64,000 nt of DNA from Gammaproteobacteria bacterium. GTDB lineage: Bacteria; Pseudomonadota; Gammaproteobacteria; Eutrophobiales; Eutrophobiaceae. The notes beneath the pieces are model-generated. The model searched no databases. It was not told the DNA's origin and was given only the letters and a program-made list of their open reading frames with translations. Below are positions 21,895-32,610 of the stretch, one piece after another (position 1 is the first letter of the stretch; each line of letters begins with the position of its first letter). The stretch lies in assembly GCA_965243205.1 (NCBI GenBank), contig CBDEUK010000002.1, forward strand, positions 1,376,001-1,440,000, given 5' to 3'. The position numbers and the translations under genes were made by a program.

Positions 21895-22908
21895 TTGATC
21901 GTGGATTACAAAAGCACTCTCAATCAGCTACTCAACCATCATGATTTATCCAGTGATGAGATGACCCAAATAATGCGCATGATTATGACGGGTGAATGTA
22001 CCGATGCACAGATAGCCGGATTTTTAATCGCGTTACGCCAAAAAGGCGAAACGGTTGACGAAATTACCGCTGCTGCCCAAGTCATGCGCGAATTATCTCA
22101 AAAAGTTTTGATTGATGTTCCTCACCTTATTGATACTTGTGGTACTGGTGGCGATGGGGCTAATACCTTTAATATTTCGACAACCGTTGCATTTGTCGCA
22201 GCTGCTGCAGGCGCTAAAGTCGCAAAACATGGAAATCGTTCCGTTTCTAGTAAATCAGGCAGCGCTGATTTACTAGAAAAAGCAGGCGTTAAACTGGATA
22301 TGTCAGCAGACGATATTGCTCGTTGCGTTAAAAAAACTGGAATTGGTTTCATGTTTGCACCTATGCATCACAGTGCAATGAAACACGCAATTGGCCCACG
22401 TAAAGAATTAGGCGTTAGAACTATCTTCAATGTTTTAGGCCCTTTAACTAATCCTGCATCAGCACCTAATCAATTACTCGGAGTGTTTGATCGACAATGG
22501 TTAGTTCCTTTAGCTAAGGTGTTAAAACAATTAGGCAGCGAACATGTTTTGGTCGTGCACTCTGAAGATGGCTTAGATGAAATCAGTTTATCGGCCGCAA
22601 CTTATATTGCAGAACTTAAAGAAGGTTCTATTTCAGAATACACAATCACACCTGAAGAATTTGGTTTTGAACGAATTGATATAAAACAACTGGCTGTTAG
22701 TAGTATTGAAGATAGTCTCAATACCTTTCATTCAGTTTTAAATAATAATCCTGGCCCTGCCCTAGATATTGTTTGTTTGAATGCTGGTGCTGCAATATAT
22801 ACAGCAGGACTAAGCAATTCAATTGCAGAAGGTATTGAACAAGCAAAACAAGCTCTAGCTTCTGGCAAAGCAAAAAATACCTTAGAAAAACTCACTCAAT
22901 TTAAGTAA
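21895..22908 (+). CDS. trpD: Anthranilate phosphoribosyltransferase
   Basis: [29 protein letters not shown]. Confidence 0.96.
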   Translation: MIVDYKSTLNQLLNHHDLSSDEMTQIMRMIMTGECTDAQIAGFLIALRQKGETVDEITAAAQVMRELSQKVLIDVPHLIDTCGTGGDGANTFNISTTVAFVAAAAGAKVAKHGNRSVSSKSGSADLLEKAGVKLDMSADDIARCVKKTGIGFMFAPMHHSAMKHAIGPRKELGVRTIFNVLGPLTNPASAPNQLLGVFDRQWLVPLAKVLKQLGSEHVLVVHSEDGLDEISLSAATYIAELKEGSISEYTITPEEFGFERIDIKQLAVSSIEDSLNTFHSVLNNNPGPALDIVCLNAGAAIYTAGLSNSIAEGIEQAKQALASGKAKNTLEKLTQFK

Positions 22909-22912
22909 TAAA

Positions 22913-23713
22913 ATGCAAGATACACCTGATATTTTAAAAAAAATTCTCGATGTTAAAGTAGAAGAAGTTGAACATAGACAACGTGAAAGATCCTTGACAG
23001 ATATAAAAGCAGAAGCAGAAGATTGTGCAGAAACACGAGGCTTCACATCTGCTATACAAAGCAAACTTGACGCTGGTTTACCCGCAGTCATTGCAGAAAT
23101 AAAAAAAGCGTCTCCGAGCAAAGGTGTGATTCGTGAAAATTTCAAACCCGCTGATATCGCAAAATCCTACGCAAAAGCTGGTGCCGCTTGTTTGTCGGTA
23201 TTAACTGATATTAAATTTTTCCAAGGTGATGATGCTTATCTACAACAAGCCAGAAAAGCCTGCGAATTACCTGTCTTGCGTAAAGATTTTATGATTGATC
23301 CTTATCAAATTTATGAATCACGAGTCATTGGAGCAGATTGTATTTTAATTATTGTCTCCGCATTAAGTGATATGCAGATGCAAGATTTAGTAGGTACTGC
23401 ACGTGAACTCGATTTAGATGTATTGGTAGAAGTGCATGACCGTGAAGAATTAGAGCGCGGCCTTATGCTAAGAACGCCTTTAATAGGAATTAATAATCGA
23501 AACTTAAGAACATTTGAAACCGATTTAAATACGACCTTAGGATTATTAACCGACGTATTCCATGATCGAACGGTTGTTACAGAAAGCGGAATACATACAC
23601 CAGAAGATGTGCAGTTAATGCGTAAAAACGAAGTCAATAGTTTTTTAGTTGGAGAGGCCTTTATGGCTGCAAACGATCCAGGTGAAAAATTAAAAGAATT
23701 GTTTCAACTTTAA
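22913..23713 (+). CDS. trpC: Indole-3-glycerol phosphate synthase
   Basis: [33 protein letters not shown]. Confidence 0.96.
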   Translation: MQDTPDILKKILDVKVEEVEHRQRERSLTDIKAEAEDCAETRGFTSAIQSKLDAGLPAVIAEIKKASPSKGVIRENFKPADIAKSYAKAGAACLSVLTDIKFFQGDDAYLQQARKACELPVLRKDFMIDPYQIYESRVIGADCILIIVSALSDMQMQDLVGTARELDLDVLVEVHDREELERGLMLRTPLIGINNRNLRTFETDLNTTLGLLTDVFHDRTVVTESGIHTPEDVQLMRKNEVNSFLVGEAFMAANDPGEKLKELFQL

Positions 23714-23755
23714 AATTTTGTCTACATTCACATTCCTACTCTATGGATAAGCCTT

Positions 23756-24661
23756 ATGAATAAATTCAGTTTAGCCCTTTTAACTCTTCTTTTACTACAA
23801 GCATGTTCTGAAAAAACACCAAATGAAATAACTTCCAGTGAAAAAGAACAAGCGAACAAGCTTGAATTAAGCTGGGAACTAACTGGCCTATCAACACCAG
23901 AGTCAGCACTTTATGACTCCGATAAAAACATCATTTATGTTTCTAACATAAATGGCGGTCCTATGGAGAAAGATGGTAATGGTTTTATTTCTATCATTTC
24001 CCCTGAAGGCAAACTTATTAATTTAAATTGGGTAAAGGGTTTAAACGCACCTAAAGGAATGAGCTTATTCGCTGATAAACTTTATGTTGCAGATATAGAT
24101 ATGCTAGTTGTTATCGATACCAATACTGGTGACATTCTTGAACAATATCAAGGCAGCAATGCAAAGTTTCTGAATGATGTCACCGTAACAAAAGATGGTA
24201 AGGTATTTGTTTCTGATATGTTAACCAACACGATATATTGTTTGGAAGGAAGTACATTCGATGTTTGGCTTAACGACGAAAAACTCATCTCACCGAATGG
24301 CTTACACGCAGAACCAGAACAACTTATCGTAGGTAGCTGGGGAGTGATGACAGATGGCTTCGCCACTAAAGTGCCTGGTCATATGTTATCTGTTCATTAT
24401 GATTCAAAATCTATTTCAAACCTGGGCAATGGCCAATCGGTGGGGAACCTAGATGGTGTTGAACCTATCGGAGAAAATTTTCTAGTAACCGATTGGATGG
24501 TAGGCAAATTATATAAGATTGATCGCGCTGGAAATGCTGAGTTACTTCTTGAATTAGAACAGGGTATGGCTGATCATGAATTTATTACTGAAGAAAATCT
24601 TATATTACTACCCATGATGAAGAACGACAAACTGCTGGCTTATACCCTATCTGTCCATTAA
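23756..24661 (+). CDS. SMP-30/gluconolactonase-like beta-propeller lipoprotein
   Basis: LQAC lipobox; PESA, GLNAPKG, FLNDV, PNGL, LDGV repeats. Confidence 0.75.
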   Translation: MNKFSLALLTLLLLQACSEKTPNEITSSEKEQANKLELSWELTGLSTPESALYDSDKNIIYVSNINGGPMEKDGNGFISIISPEGKLINLNWVKGLNAPKGMSLFADKLYVADIDMLVVIDTNTGDILEQYQGSNAKFLNDVTVTKDGKVFVSDMLTNTIYCLEGSTFDVWLNDEKLISPNGLHAEPEQLIVGSWGVMTDGFATKVPGHMLSVHYDSKSISNLGNGQSVGNLDGVEPIGENFLVTDWMVGKLYKIDRAGNAELLLELEQGMADHEFITEENLILLPMMKNDKLLAYTLSVH

Positions 24662-24684
24662 TTCGCCTTACATAGATTTACTTA

Positions 24685-24715
24685 TACAGAGTTCATTCCT
24701 ACACTGAACTCTGTA
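24685..24715. repeat. Perfect 11-bp inverted repeat
   Basis: TACAGAGTTCA-N9-TGAACTCTGTA; no U-tract on the + strand, so terminator versus operator is unclear. Confidence 0.5.
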
Positions 24716-24813
24716 AAAGCTGCTGCAAGTTATTAAATTATATAAAATTCTAGTTGATATAAATCCACGCTTAGAGTATACATTTAGAATTACATAAGCA
24801 ATGGTATGGCAAT

Positions 24814-26358
24814 GTGGGCGTAAAACTTCATACAGTTTTCAGACAAACCAAAACTGAGATTGCGTTAGGGATCTGTTTAAGTCTGCTGTGCGCTGGGTTA
24901 ATTTGGCATCAGACTGAAAAATCGCAAGTCCATACATGGCTATTAATTATAACCACCATCTACGCATTACGTTATGGTTTGGTCGATTATCTAAGCAAAC
25001 TGCACAGCGCCAATCGTAATAGTCTTGGTAACCAACTCATACTCGTTATCGGCCTGATAATATGTGGTTTAGCTTGGGCAGGCCTTATTATCAATACACC
25101 TTTTAAAACAGGATTCTCTGATATAAACCTGATCGGTCTCGGTATTGCTGGCGCAGTATCATTTATTGTTTTGATTGTATATCTCGGGCGTTTGGAATTT
25201 GTCTTAAGCTTTGCGATTGCTGCCCTAGCGTTACCATTTATCACTATAATTGATTCCCTTCAAAACCATATAATCACGCTCACATATCTCTTAACATGGT
25301 TAGTGTGTTTGGTATTTGGAAGCTCACGAATTAGAAAACAATTGCAATCACAACCCGTACGAAATATTGAGTCCATTAATGAATCAAATCTAAAACTACA
25401 AAACGAAAGATTAACGAACCAACTTGCAACTGCTCAAGCAAAAATCGAAGAATTAACGAATTCTTTGAAGCTAACTAACCTTGATTTAGAAACCACCCAA
25501 AATAAAGCAGATGCTCTCTCTATCACTTTAAATCAAATCAACCCTTTCGATTTAGAATCTGGACTATTAACTGAAGTTAAACATAAAACTATTCTACAAC
25601 GTGAATGGGCTAGGATGGGACGGCTCGACTTACCCATTAGCTTAATCTATTTATCAATTGATGATTTTGATAAATACCAAGAAGCGTATGATAAAAAAGC
25701 CGCTTCGATGACTTTCAAACGAGTTGTTAAAATTGTAAAAAATACTTGCCAGCGCCCTGGTGATGTTTTTGGAAAACTAAAAAATTCTATAATCGCAATT
25801 CTGCTTCCTGAAACTGAACTTGATCACAGCATCGAGCTAGCAAATACGATTTGTAAAGATGTGGAATCCTTAAATATAAAACATGTTGAGAATGCTGCAA
25901 ACGAATTCGTGACGGTGAGCCTAGGTATTGCAACAGTAATCCCTAACGATTTATTAACAGAAGGAGAATTTCTTAAACGTGCCGATTCAGCGCTTTATGA
26001 AGCAAAGTTCCAAGGAGGAAATCGAGTTTCACATTATATCAGCCATCCTGAATTAAAACTCGAGCATTGGGATGAAGAAAAAAATGGTAAAGTCACAGCC
26101 GATAAACTTAAAAAGAGATTAGGCTCTCTTGGTTTTGAAACAGAAAATAAAACCTACTTAGCTGGCGGAGATATTAAAGATCGACGAACCCACGCTGAAT
26201 TTGGTATTGGCATTTTAACCGGAAACTTTATGGTATTGATTGATGGAGATACTATAAAAATGAGAGCCGGAGATATATTAACTATTCCTAAATCACTTAA
26301 TATTCTTTGCAAAGTTAAAGGTTCAGAGACAGTTATTTGTTATGAAGGAAACCGTTAA
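24814..26358 (+). CDS. Membrane protein with coiled coil, degenerate GGDEF domain and C-terminal cupin-like domain
   Basis: About 6 hydrophobic segments; SIDDFD, RPGD I-site, VTVSLG, ADSALYEAKFQGGNR; GGDEF motif replaced by KNSII. Confidence 0.75.
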   Translation: MGVKLHTVFRQTKTEIALGICLSLLCAGLIWHQTEKSQVHTWLLIITTIYALRYGLVDYLSKLHSANRNSLGNQLILVIGLIICGLAWAGLIINTPFKTGFSDINLIGLGIAGAVSFIVLIVYLGRLEFVLSFAIAALALPFITIIDSLQNHIITLTYLLTWLVCLVFGSSRIRKQLQSQPVRNIESINESNLKLQNERLTNQLATAQAKIEELTNSLKLTNLDLETTQNKADALSITLNQINPFDLESGLLTEVKHKTILQREWARMGRLDLPISLIYLSIDDFDKYQEAYDKKAASMTFKRVVKIVKNTCQRPGDVFGKLKNSIIAILLPETELDHSIELANTICKDVESLNIKHVENAANEFVTVSLGIATVIPNDLLTEGEFLKRADSALYEAKFQGGNRVSHYISHPELKLEHWDEEKNGKVTADKLKKRLGSLGFETENKTYLAGGDIKDRRTHAEFGIGILTGNFMVLIDGDTIKMRAGDILTIPKSLNILCKVKGSETVICYEGNR

Positions 26359-26366
26359 CTTTTTAA

Positions 26367-26996
26367 TTACTGCTTGCCGTACGTCTTAAATTTTTCAATA
26401 TTAATATTCATTTCTTCTTCAGTTAATAAAACAGGATTTCCCAACTGGGCAGCAATACAGTATTGGTGTGCTAAATCTTCTATCAATTTAGAATTCTCAA
26501 GTGCTTCATCTAGATTAATCCCTGTTGCGATTTGACCATGATTTGCTAACAAACAACCTTTTCTATTATTCAAAGCACTGATGGCGTTAGTTGATAATTC
26601 TTCCGTACCAAACGTTGCATACTCAGCGCATCTGATTGAATCTCCACCTAACTTCGTCACCATATAATGAAAGCCTGGTATTGATTGTCGATTACAAGCC
26701 ACCCCCGTTGCATATGGAGAATGCACATGAACAATCGCTTTTACTTCTTCCATTGATTGATAGATAGCACTATGAAATCGCCATTCGCTTGAAGGTTTCA
26801 ATTTACCTTGTATAACTTGACCTTCGTAATCACATTCAACAATAGCTGATGGTTGTAAAACATTATATGGTAAACCTGTTGGGGTAATTAAAAATCCATT
26901 ATCAGTTCTAACACTGGCATTACCTGAGGCACCAACAGATAAACCAGATGATTCGAACTGTTGAGTAATTGAAATAAGTTGTTCTCGGAAATCCAT
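26367..26996 (-). CDS. Class II aldolase/adducin family protein (FucA/Ald2-like)
   Basis: SGNAS, ITPTG, PSSEWRFH, HVHS, LLANHG. Confidence 0.88.
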   Translation of the reverse strand: MDFREQLISITQQFESSGLSVGASGNASVRTDNGFLITPTGLPYNVLQPSAIVECDYEGQVIQGKLKPSSEWRFHSAIYQSMEEVKAIVHVHSPYATGVACNRQSIPGFHYMVTKLGGDSIRCAEYATFGTEELSTNAISALNNRKGCLLANHGQIATGINLDEALENSKLIEDLAHQYCIAAQLGNPVLLTEEEMNINIEKFKTYGKQ

Positions 26997-27033
26997 AACG
27001 TTTCATTGTAATTGATAAATAGGAAAGACTAAA

Positions 27034-27468
27034 TTATATGGGGGGAATTCTACCAGCAAACATCAATAAAATTTGTTTTGCTACAGTCGGTCCTTGTTTT
27101 AACAAATTAGAATCAAAACCTTTATCTAAGAACTCTGAATAGCCTTCAATATGTTTAAAATCTTCTTGTTGAACTATATGAAATCCCATCGACCATTCTG
27201 GAAATGTTCTTTGATCAATGGGGGATAGAAAATACTCCGTTATAGCCGTATGCCGTTTATCTTTCGATATTTTTAAACGAAACAAATCTTCAATAATATG
27301 TTTATCGCCTTCTAAAAGCTGCAAAAAAGAATTCTTATGATGCAACAACATGCCTGTAATATTTTTTCTCAAATTGTAATTACGAGCCTGCTCCAATAGT
27401 GACTTCAATTCAATTTCAGTCAACGGTTCTGTTTCAGCGCTGGTATACAATAATGAGTAAAGCTGCAT
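27034..27468 (-). CDS. Stand-alone BLUF blue-light photoreceptor
   Basis: LLYTS, ARNYN..NITGMLL, FLQLLEG, DKRH, RTFPEWSM. Confidence 0.9.
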   Translation of the reverse strand: MQLYSLLYTSAETEPLTEIELKSLLEQARNYNLRKNITGMLLHHKNSFLQLLEGDKHIIEDLFRLKISKDKRHTAITEYFLSPIDQRTFPEWSMGFHIVQQEDFKHIEGYSEFLDKGFDSNLLKQGPTVAKQILLMFAGRIPPI

Positions 27469-27531
27469 GCAACTAACTCCTTGTAAGCCTTTTAGAGAAA
27501 GTGTAGTAGGCGAAAAGTATTAATTCAATGC

Positions 27532-28617
27532 TTATACATTAAAACGAAATAACATTACATCACCATCTTGGACGATGTAATCTTTGCCTTCAAGTCGCCA
27601 TTTGCCAGCTTCCTTTGCACCTTGTTCACCGTTATTTTCAATATAATCTTCATACGCGGTTACTTCAGCACGAATGAAGCCTTTTTCAAAATCAGTATGA
27701 ATAACACCTGCAGCTTTAGGTGCAGAACAACCTTGAGGAATAGTCCAAGCTCGCGCTTCTTTTGGACCAGCAGTGAAATAGGTTTGTAATCCTAGTAATT
27801 CATAACCTGCACGAATGATTCTATTCAATCCTGGTTCTTCTAAACCAATTTCGCTTAAAAAATCAGCCTTATCGGATTCATCCAGTTCGGCTATTTCCGA
27901 TTCAATCGCGGCACATACTGGAATCACCTGAGTACCTTCTTCTTTAGCAAGCTCAGTTAATTTTGCTAACCATTCGTTGGACTCAATACCATCTTCTTCG
28001 ACATTGGCAATATATAAAATTGGTTTAGACGTTAACAATTGTAAATTACCGATTTCCATTTCAGCAAAGCCATCTAATGTTCTAACGGGTGCACCAGTAT
28101 CTAAATGTTTAGCAATCAACTCTAATTGCTCTTGTTGAGTTTTGGCTTCCTTATTTCCACTGCGAGATAATTTTAAAACTTTTTGTAATGCCTTATCTAT
28201 TGTCTCTTGATCCGCTAAACACAATTCAGTATTGATGATATCAATGTCTTCTAAAGGATTTACTCGACCAGATACATGCACAATATTTTCATCTTCAAAA
28301 CATCGGACTACTTGAGCAATTGCTTGGGTTTCTCTGATATGGGCTAAAAACTGATTCCCTAAACCTTCACCTTTAGAAGCACCTTCAACCAAACCGGCTA
28401 TATCAACAAAATCCATATGCGCAGGAATCACTTCTTTGGATTGAGCAATCTTGGAAATCTTATCCAAGCGCGGATCAGGAACAGGAACTACACCAACATT
28501 TGGCTCGATTGTGCAAAAAGGATAATTCTCAGCATCAATACCAGAATTGGTTAATGCATTAAATAAAGTTGATTTACCAACGTTTGGTAAACCGACGATG
28601 CCACATTTAAAACCCAT
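27532..28617 (-). CDS. ychF: Redox-regulated ATPase YchF
   Basis: [32 protein letters not shown]-terminus. Confidence 0.97.
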   Translation of the reverse strand: MGFKCGIVGLPNVGKSTLFNALTNSGIDAENYPFCTIEPNVGVVPVPDPRLDKISKIAQSKEVIPAHMDFVDIAGLVEGASKGEGLGNQFLAHIRETQAIAQVVRCFEDENIVHVSGRVNPLEDIDIINTELCLADQETIDKALQKVLKLSRSGNKEAKTQQEQLELIAKHLDTGAPVRTLDGFAEMEIGNLQLLTSKPILYIANVEEDGIESNEWLAKLTELAKEEGTQVIPVCAAIESEIAELDESDKADFLSEIGLEEPGLNRIIRAGYELLGLQTYFTAGPKEARAWTIPQGCSAPKAAGVIHTDFEKGFIRAEVTAYEDYIENNGEQGAKEAGKWRLEGKDYIVQDGDVMLFRFNV

Positions 28618-28619
28618 AA

Positions 28620-29204
28620 TTACCCCTTTACAGTATGCAATGCGTTCATTGCTTTTTGCTGTTCGCCTGCAACGAATAATGGAATATTATCAACAGTATG
28701 ATGAACAGCGATATCAATTAAGTCTTGTTCATCATGACTCGCTCGTCCTAAAACATAATTAGCCACTTTATGTTTATCTCCAGGATGCCCTACACCGATA
28801 CGCAATCTTGAAAAACCATTTCCACCTAAACAACTAATAATGTCTCGAAGACCATTTTGCCCTCCATGTCCTCCACCTGATTTAAAACGTGCGGTTCCAG
28901 GCGATAAATCAATTTCATCATGAATCACTAATATCTCTTCCATTTTAATTTTATAAAACGACATTGCGGCTTGAACAGCTCTACCACTATTATTCATAAA
29001 GGTTTGGGGTTTTAATAACCAAACATCATTATCATTAATTGAAGCTTGAGCAATTTCAGATTGAAATTTAGATTGTAATTTGAAATTTGCTTGATACTTA
29101 TCAGCTAATAGGTCTAAACACCAAAACCCGGCATTATGCCGGGTTTGTTGGTATTCTTGGCCGGGATTTCCAAGACCAGCAATTAATTTTATTTTGCTGG
29201 TCAT
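28620..29204 (-). CDS. pth: Peptidyl-tRNA hydrolase
   Basis: [35 protein letters not shown]. Confidence 0.96.
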   Translation of the reverse strand: MTSKIKLIAGLGNPGQEYQQTRHNAGFWCLDLLADKYQANFKLQSKFQSEIAQASINDNDVWLLKPQTFMNNSGRAVQAAMSFYKIKMEEILVIHDEIDLSPGTARFKSGGGHGGQNGLRDIISCLGGNGFSRLRIGVGHPGDKHKVANYVLGRASHDEQDLIDIAVHHTVDNIPLFVAGEQQKAMNALHTVKG

Positions 29205-29232
29205 AGACTAACCCTCAAAATTTATCCTTAGA

Positions 29233-29874
29233 TTACTCTGACGCGTCCTCAGAAGAATCTTCAGCAGCATCACCAGACTCTTCTTCTGCATCCGAACCGC
29301 CTTTAGGTGCGTTCACAGAAACCACTGGCTGACTCGCATCACCGCCATGAGCTAAGGCATAGATTTCTACACCTTCTGGTAGCTGAAGATCGCCTAAATG
29401 AATGGTAGTTCCAAGTTCTACTTCTAATAAATCAATTTCGATGTATTCAGGAAGATCTTTTGGTAAACATTGAATATCCAATTCAGACATCACGTGACTG
29501 ATAACGCCACCTGCTTTCGCGCCAACACATTTTTCTTCATTCACATAGTGAATTGGAACCGTCATAGAAAGCTTTTCGCCTGCTTTAATGCGCAAGAAGT
29601 CTACATGTAGTACTTCAGGCTTATATACATGGCGTTGTAAGTCTTTCAAAACCACTTTTTCTTTCTTGCCATCAATTGATAGGTCAAGAATATGTGAGTA
29701 GAAAGCCTCATGTTCTAGGTGATGGAAAATTTCATTGTGAGGTAAAGTGATCATTACAGCATCATCACTACCACCATACACAATACCCGGGACTTTGCCC
29801 GCACGACGTAAGCGGCGGCTCGCACCTTTCCCCACGTCAGTACGCGACTCGGCATTAACATTAAATTCATTCAT
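29233..29874 (-). CDS. rplY: 50S ribosomal protein L25/Ctc (long form)
   Basis: GKGASRRLR, VPGIVYGG, HVDFLR. Confidence 0.96.
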   Translation of the reverse strand: MNEFNVNAESRTDVGKGASRRLRRAGKVPGIVYGGSDDAVMITLPHNEIFHHLEHEAFYSHILDLSIDGKKEKVVLKDLQRHVYKPEVLHVDFLRIKAGEKLSMTVPIHYVNEEKCVGAKAGGVISHVMSELDIQCLPKDLPEYIEIDLLEVELGTTIHLGDLQLPEGVEIYALAHGGDASQPVVSVNAPKGGSDAEEESGDAAEDSSEDASE

Positions 29875-29898
29875 GTTGTTTGCTCCTAATAGGTTAAT

Positions 29899-29924
29899 AA
29901 AAAACCTGCTTGCGACCAGCAGGT
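29899..29924 (-). promoter_or_regulatory. Hairpin in the prs-rplY spacer (L25 leader / terminator-like)
   Basis: Minus strand ACCTGCT-GGTCGCA-AGCAGGT then a T run; resembles the GGTCGC-containing hairpin found before gammaproteobacterial rplY. Confidence 0.55.
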
Positions 29925-29945
29925 AAATAAGTACTACTTAAAACT

Positions 29946-30899
29946 TTAATCAATAAACATCGAACTGAGTGAATCACCTTCACAAATTCGACGAATACTT
30001 TCCGCTAACATCGTAGCTACACTCAATTGTCTAATGCGACCACAATTTTTCGCATCTTCACTAAGAGGAATCGTGTCGGTTACAACTAATTCATCCAGCT
30101 CTGAGTTCGTAATATTGTCAATTGCCTTACCGGATAACACAGCATGGGTACAATAAGCTACCACTCGTTCAGCGCCATGTTTCTTCAATGCGCTTGCGGC
30201 ATTACATAAGGTACCTGCAGTATCCACTAAATCATCAACAATGACACACGTTCGTCCTTCCACATCACCAATGATATTCATTACCTCAGAAACATTGGCT
30301 TTAGGACGACGTTTATCAATAATCGCTAACTCGGTATCGTCCAATTGTTTTGCCACAGCCCTGGCTCGAACAACACCACCCACATCTGGGGATACCACTA
30401 CTAAATTATTGTATTTATGTTTCCAAATATCGCCTAATAACACTGGCGAACCATAAACATTATCCAAAGGGATATCGAAAAAACCCTGTATTTGATCAGC
30501 ATGCAAATCGACCGTTAAGGCTCTAGCAATACCAACTGATGAAATCATATCAGCGACAACTTTTGCCGTAATCGGTACTCGTGCTGACCGTGAACGTCGA
30601 TCCTGCCTTGCATATCCCATATAAGGAATAATTGCTGTAACTCTGGCTGCAGATGCTCTTCTAAATGCATCTGCCATAACCAATAATTCAACCAAACTAT
30701 CGTTTGCTGGCCTGCAGATTGACTGGACAATAAAAATATCCCGACTACGGACATTTTCCGCAACCTCAACCATGACTTCGCCGTCGCTAAAACGACCAAC
30801 ATTTATCTTACCCAATGGAAGATTTAAATATCCGGCAATATTCACTGCTAACTCTGGGTTAGCATTACCGGTAAATAGCATTATATTTTCAAGTGACAA
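29946..30899 (-). CDS. prs: Ribose-phosphate pyrophosphokinase
   Basis: [44 protein letters not shown]. Confidence 0.97.
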   Translation of the reverse strand: MSLENIMLFTGNANPELAVNIAGYLNLPLGKINVGRFSDGEVMVEVAENVRSRDIFIVQSICRPANDSLVELLVMADAFRRASAARVTAIIPYMGYARQDRRSRSARVPITAKVVADMISSVGIARALTVDLHADQIQGFFDIPLDNVYGSPVLLGDIWKHKYNNLVVVSPDVGGVVRARAVAKQLDDTELAIIDKRRPKANVSEVMNIIGDVEGRTCVIVDDLVDTAGTLCNAASALKKHGAERVVAYCTHAVLSGKAIDNITNSELDELVVTDTIPLSEDAKNCGRIRQLSVATMLAESIRRICEGDSLSSMFID

Positions 30900-30933
30900 A
30901 ATAGCCCCTGAGTCGTTTATTTATTATGGAATT

Positions 30934-31010
30934 TGGCTGGGGCGCCAGGATTCGAACCTGGGAATGCGGGGATCAAAACCCCGTGCCTTAACCAACTTGG
31001 CTACGCCCCA
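30934..31010 (-). tRNA. tRNA-Gln (anticodon TTG)
   Basis: TGGGGCGTAGCCAAGTTGGTTAAGGCACGGGGTTTTGATCCCCGCATTCCCAGGTTCGAATCCTGGCGCCCCAGCCA; cloverleaf, encoded CCA, canonical ispE-tRNA-prs position. Confidence 0.97.
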
Positions 31011-31058
31011 ATAAAACTACTAAAAACCTTCCTGGTAGAATAAATTCAAAAATTACAT

Positions 31059-31913
31059 CTATTTCCCTTGTTTTGCTAAAGCAAGCCGCTCTAGTAAAGG
31101 GGAATCATTCATTGTCCTACATGCGATACCATGCCATCGCTTCGGAAGCTCCTCTAGAGCTTGTTCGGCCATTTCTTGACCAACAAACTCAGCAAATATG
31201 CAAGAACCGGTTCCAGTAAGCTTGGGCTCTGAATATTGAGCCAACCAAGTCATCGCTTCAACTACCTCAGGATAGCGCTTTTTAACCGCTGCCAAGCAAT
31301 CATTATGTCCTCCATCCCTGAGAAAGTCGCGTATTGTGATGGGAGGCGTGTTACGTGTCAAATCTTCTGCATTAAAAATTTCCGCGGTACTAATTTCGCA
31401 ATCTGGACGGACGACTAACAACCAAGCTTCAGCAGGCTCAATTGGAGTAAATTGTTCTCCAACACCCTCTGCAAAAGTCGCTTTACCTTGGATGAATACA
31501 GGGACATCCGCACCTAATTGCAAACCCAACTCCAATAACACATCAGCCGAATAATCCAGCTTCCATAGATAATTCAAAGCAACTAATGTTGTTGCAGCAT
31601 CGGAACTACCTCCACCTAAACCTCCCTGCATCGGTATGGATTTTCGAATTTCCATGTTCACGCCAAACTCGGTTCCGCTACGCTCTTGTAGTAATTTAGC
31701 CGCTTTAACAATTAAATCCGACTCTTCAGAAACGCCTTCGATTATGCTTGTACGAGAGATAGTTCTATCATTAGTTATTTCAAAATCCAGATAATCACAA
31801 TAATCTAAAAACTGAAATACCGTCTGTAAAATATGATATCCATCATCGCGGCGGCCAATAATGTGTAAAAACAAATTTATTTTGGCTGGCGCAGGCCAGT
31901 TAGTAGACTTCAC
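31059..31913 (-). CDS. ispE: 4-diphosphocytidyl-2-C-methyl-D-erythritol kinase
   Basis: PAPAKINLFLH, PMQGGLGGGSSDAA, LGADVPVF, LTGTGS. Confidence 0.96.
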   Translation of the reverse strand: MKSTNWPAPAKINLFLHIIGRRDDGYHILQTVFQFLDYCDYLDFEITNDRTISRTSIIEGVSEESDLIVKAAKLLQERSGTEFGVNMEIRKSIPMQGGLGGGSSDAATTLVALNYLWKLDYSADVLLELGLQLGADVPVFIQGKATFAEGVGEQFTPIEPAEAWLLVVRPDCEISTAEIFNAEDLTRNTPPITIRDFLRDGGHNDCLAAVKKRYPEVVEAMTWLAQYSEPKLTGTGSCIFAEFVGQEMAEQALEELPKRWHGIACRTMNDSPLLERLALAKQGK

Positions 31914-32521
31914 TGACTAAGTTTCCAATTTTTATTCAAAAGCGTGATCGTTGCATACTGGTTAGATAGAACAATCTTTCCAGGTAAAGAATATTGTTTA
32001 ACAGCCATGTAATTAGAAAATTTTATTAACCAATTTTTTTGTTGAAGCCCTACTAACTGAGCTTTTTCATTTACTTGTTTCAGTTCAACATTTAAAGACT
32101 CATCCACTAAACCTCTAACCCAATACATTAACGAACGAACTGGAATAGTCCAACCAACATTTTCTAACATGACTTGTTCAGGATTCTCGGTAACTAACAT
32201 TCCGTCATCAGGTGTCATCAAACTATACTGCTTATCTTCTTGTCTAATTTCATAGGTACCATGAAAAGGTGCAATGATCCGTAGCCTTGAAAGATCATCG
32301 TTATGTTGCCACTTCAATGTCGCAGACCAAGCATCTTCTGATGTTTTCACGCCAAGCCGGCCATTAATTTCCCATGCTTGAATGCTTTTTAATTCTTGTT
32401 GACGTTCAGACCATAATATTTCAGAAACTGGTTCTGTCGTTTTGTTTGAAACAACAGGATTATTACTACACGCAGTCATCAACAATAGGAGCAATAATGC
32501 TGGAAGTAACTTAATAAGCAT
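31910..32521 (-). CDS. lolB: Outer-membrane lipoprotein receptor LolB
   Basis: MTAC lipobox, GRLGV, GWTIPV..L.YWVRG, LP; directly upstream of ispE. Confidence 0.88.
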   Translation of the reverse strand: MLIKLLPALLLLLLMTACSNNPVVSNKTTEPVSEILWSERQQELKSIQAWEINGRLGVKTSEDAWSATLKWQHNDDLSRLRIIAPFHGTYEIRQEDKQYSLMTPDDGMLVTENPEQVMLENVGWTIPVRSLMYWVRGLVDESLNVELKQVNEKAQLVGLQQKNWLIKFSNYMAVKQYSLPGKIVLSNQYATITLLNKNWKLSQ

Positions 32522-32610
32522 CGAAAGGGAAATATATAATATGTTATCTGAAATAATATTTTAGGTTGTTAGATAATATCAATTATAACAACCTATTGCA
32601 GGCACAAAGT

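Noticed and set aside
30934-31010. tRNA-Gln as an integration hotspot
   Set aside because: Flanked directly by ispE and prs; no duplicated tRNA 3' end noticed
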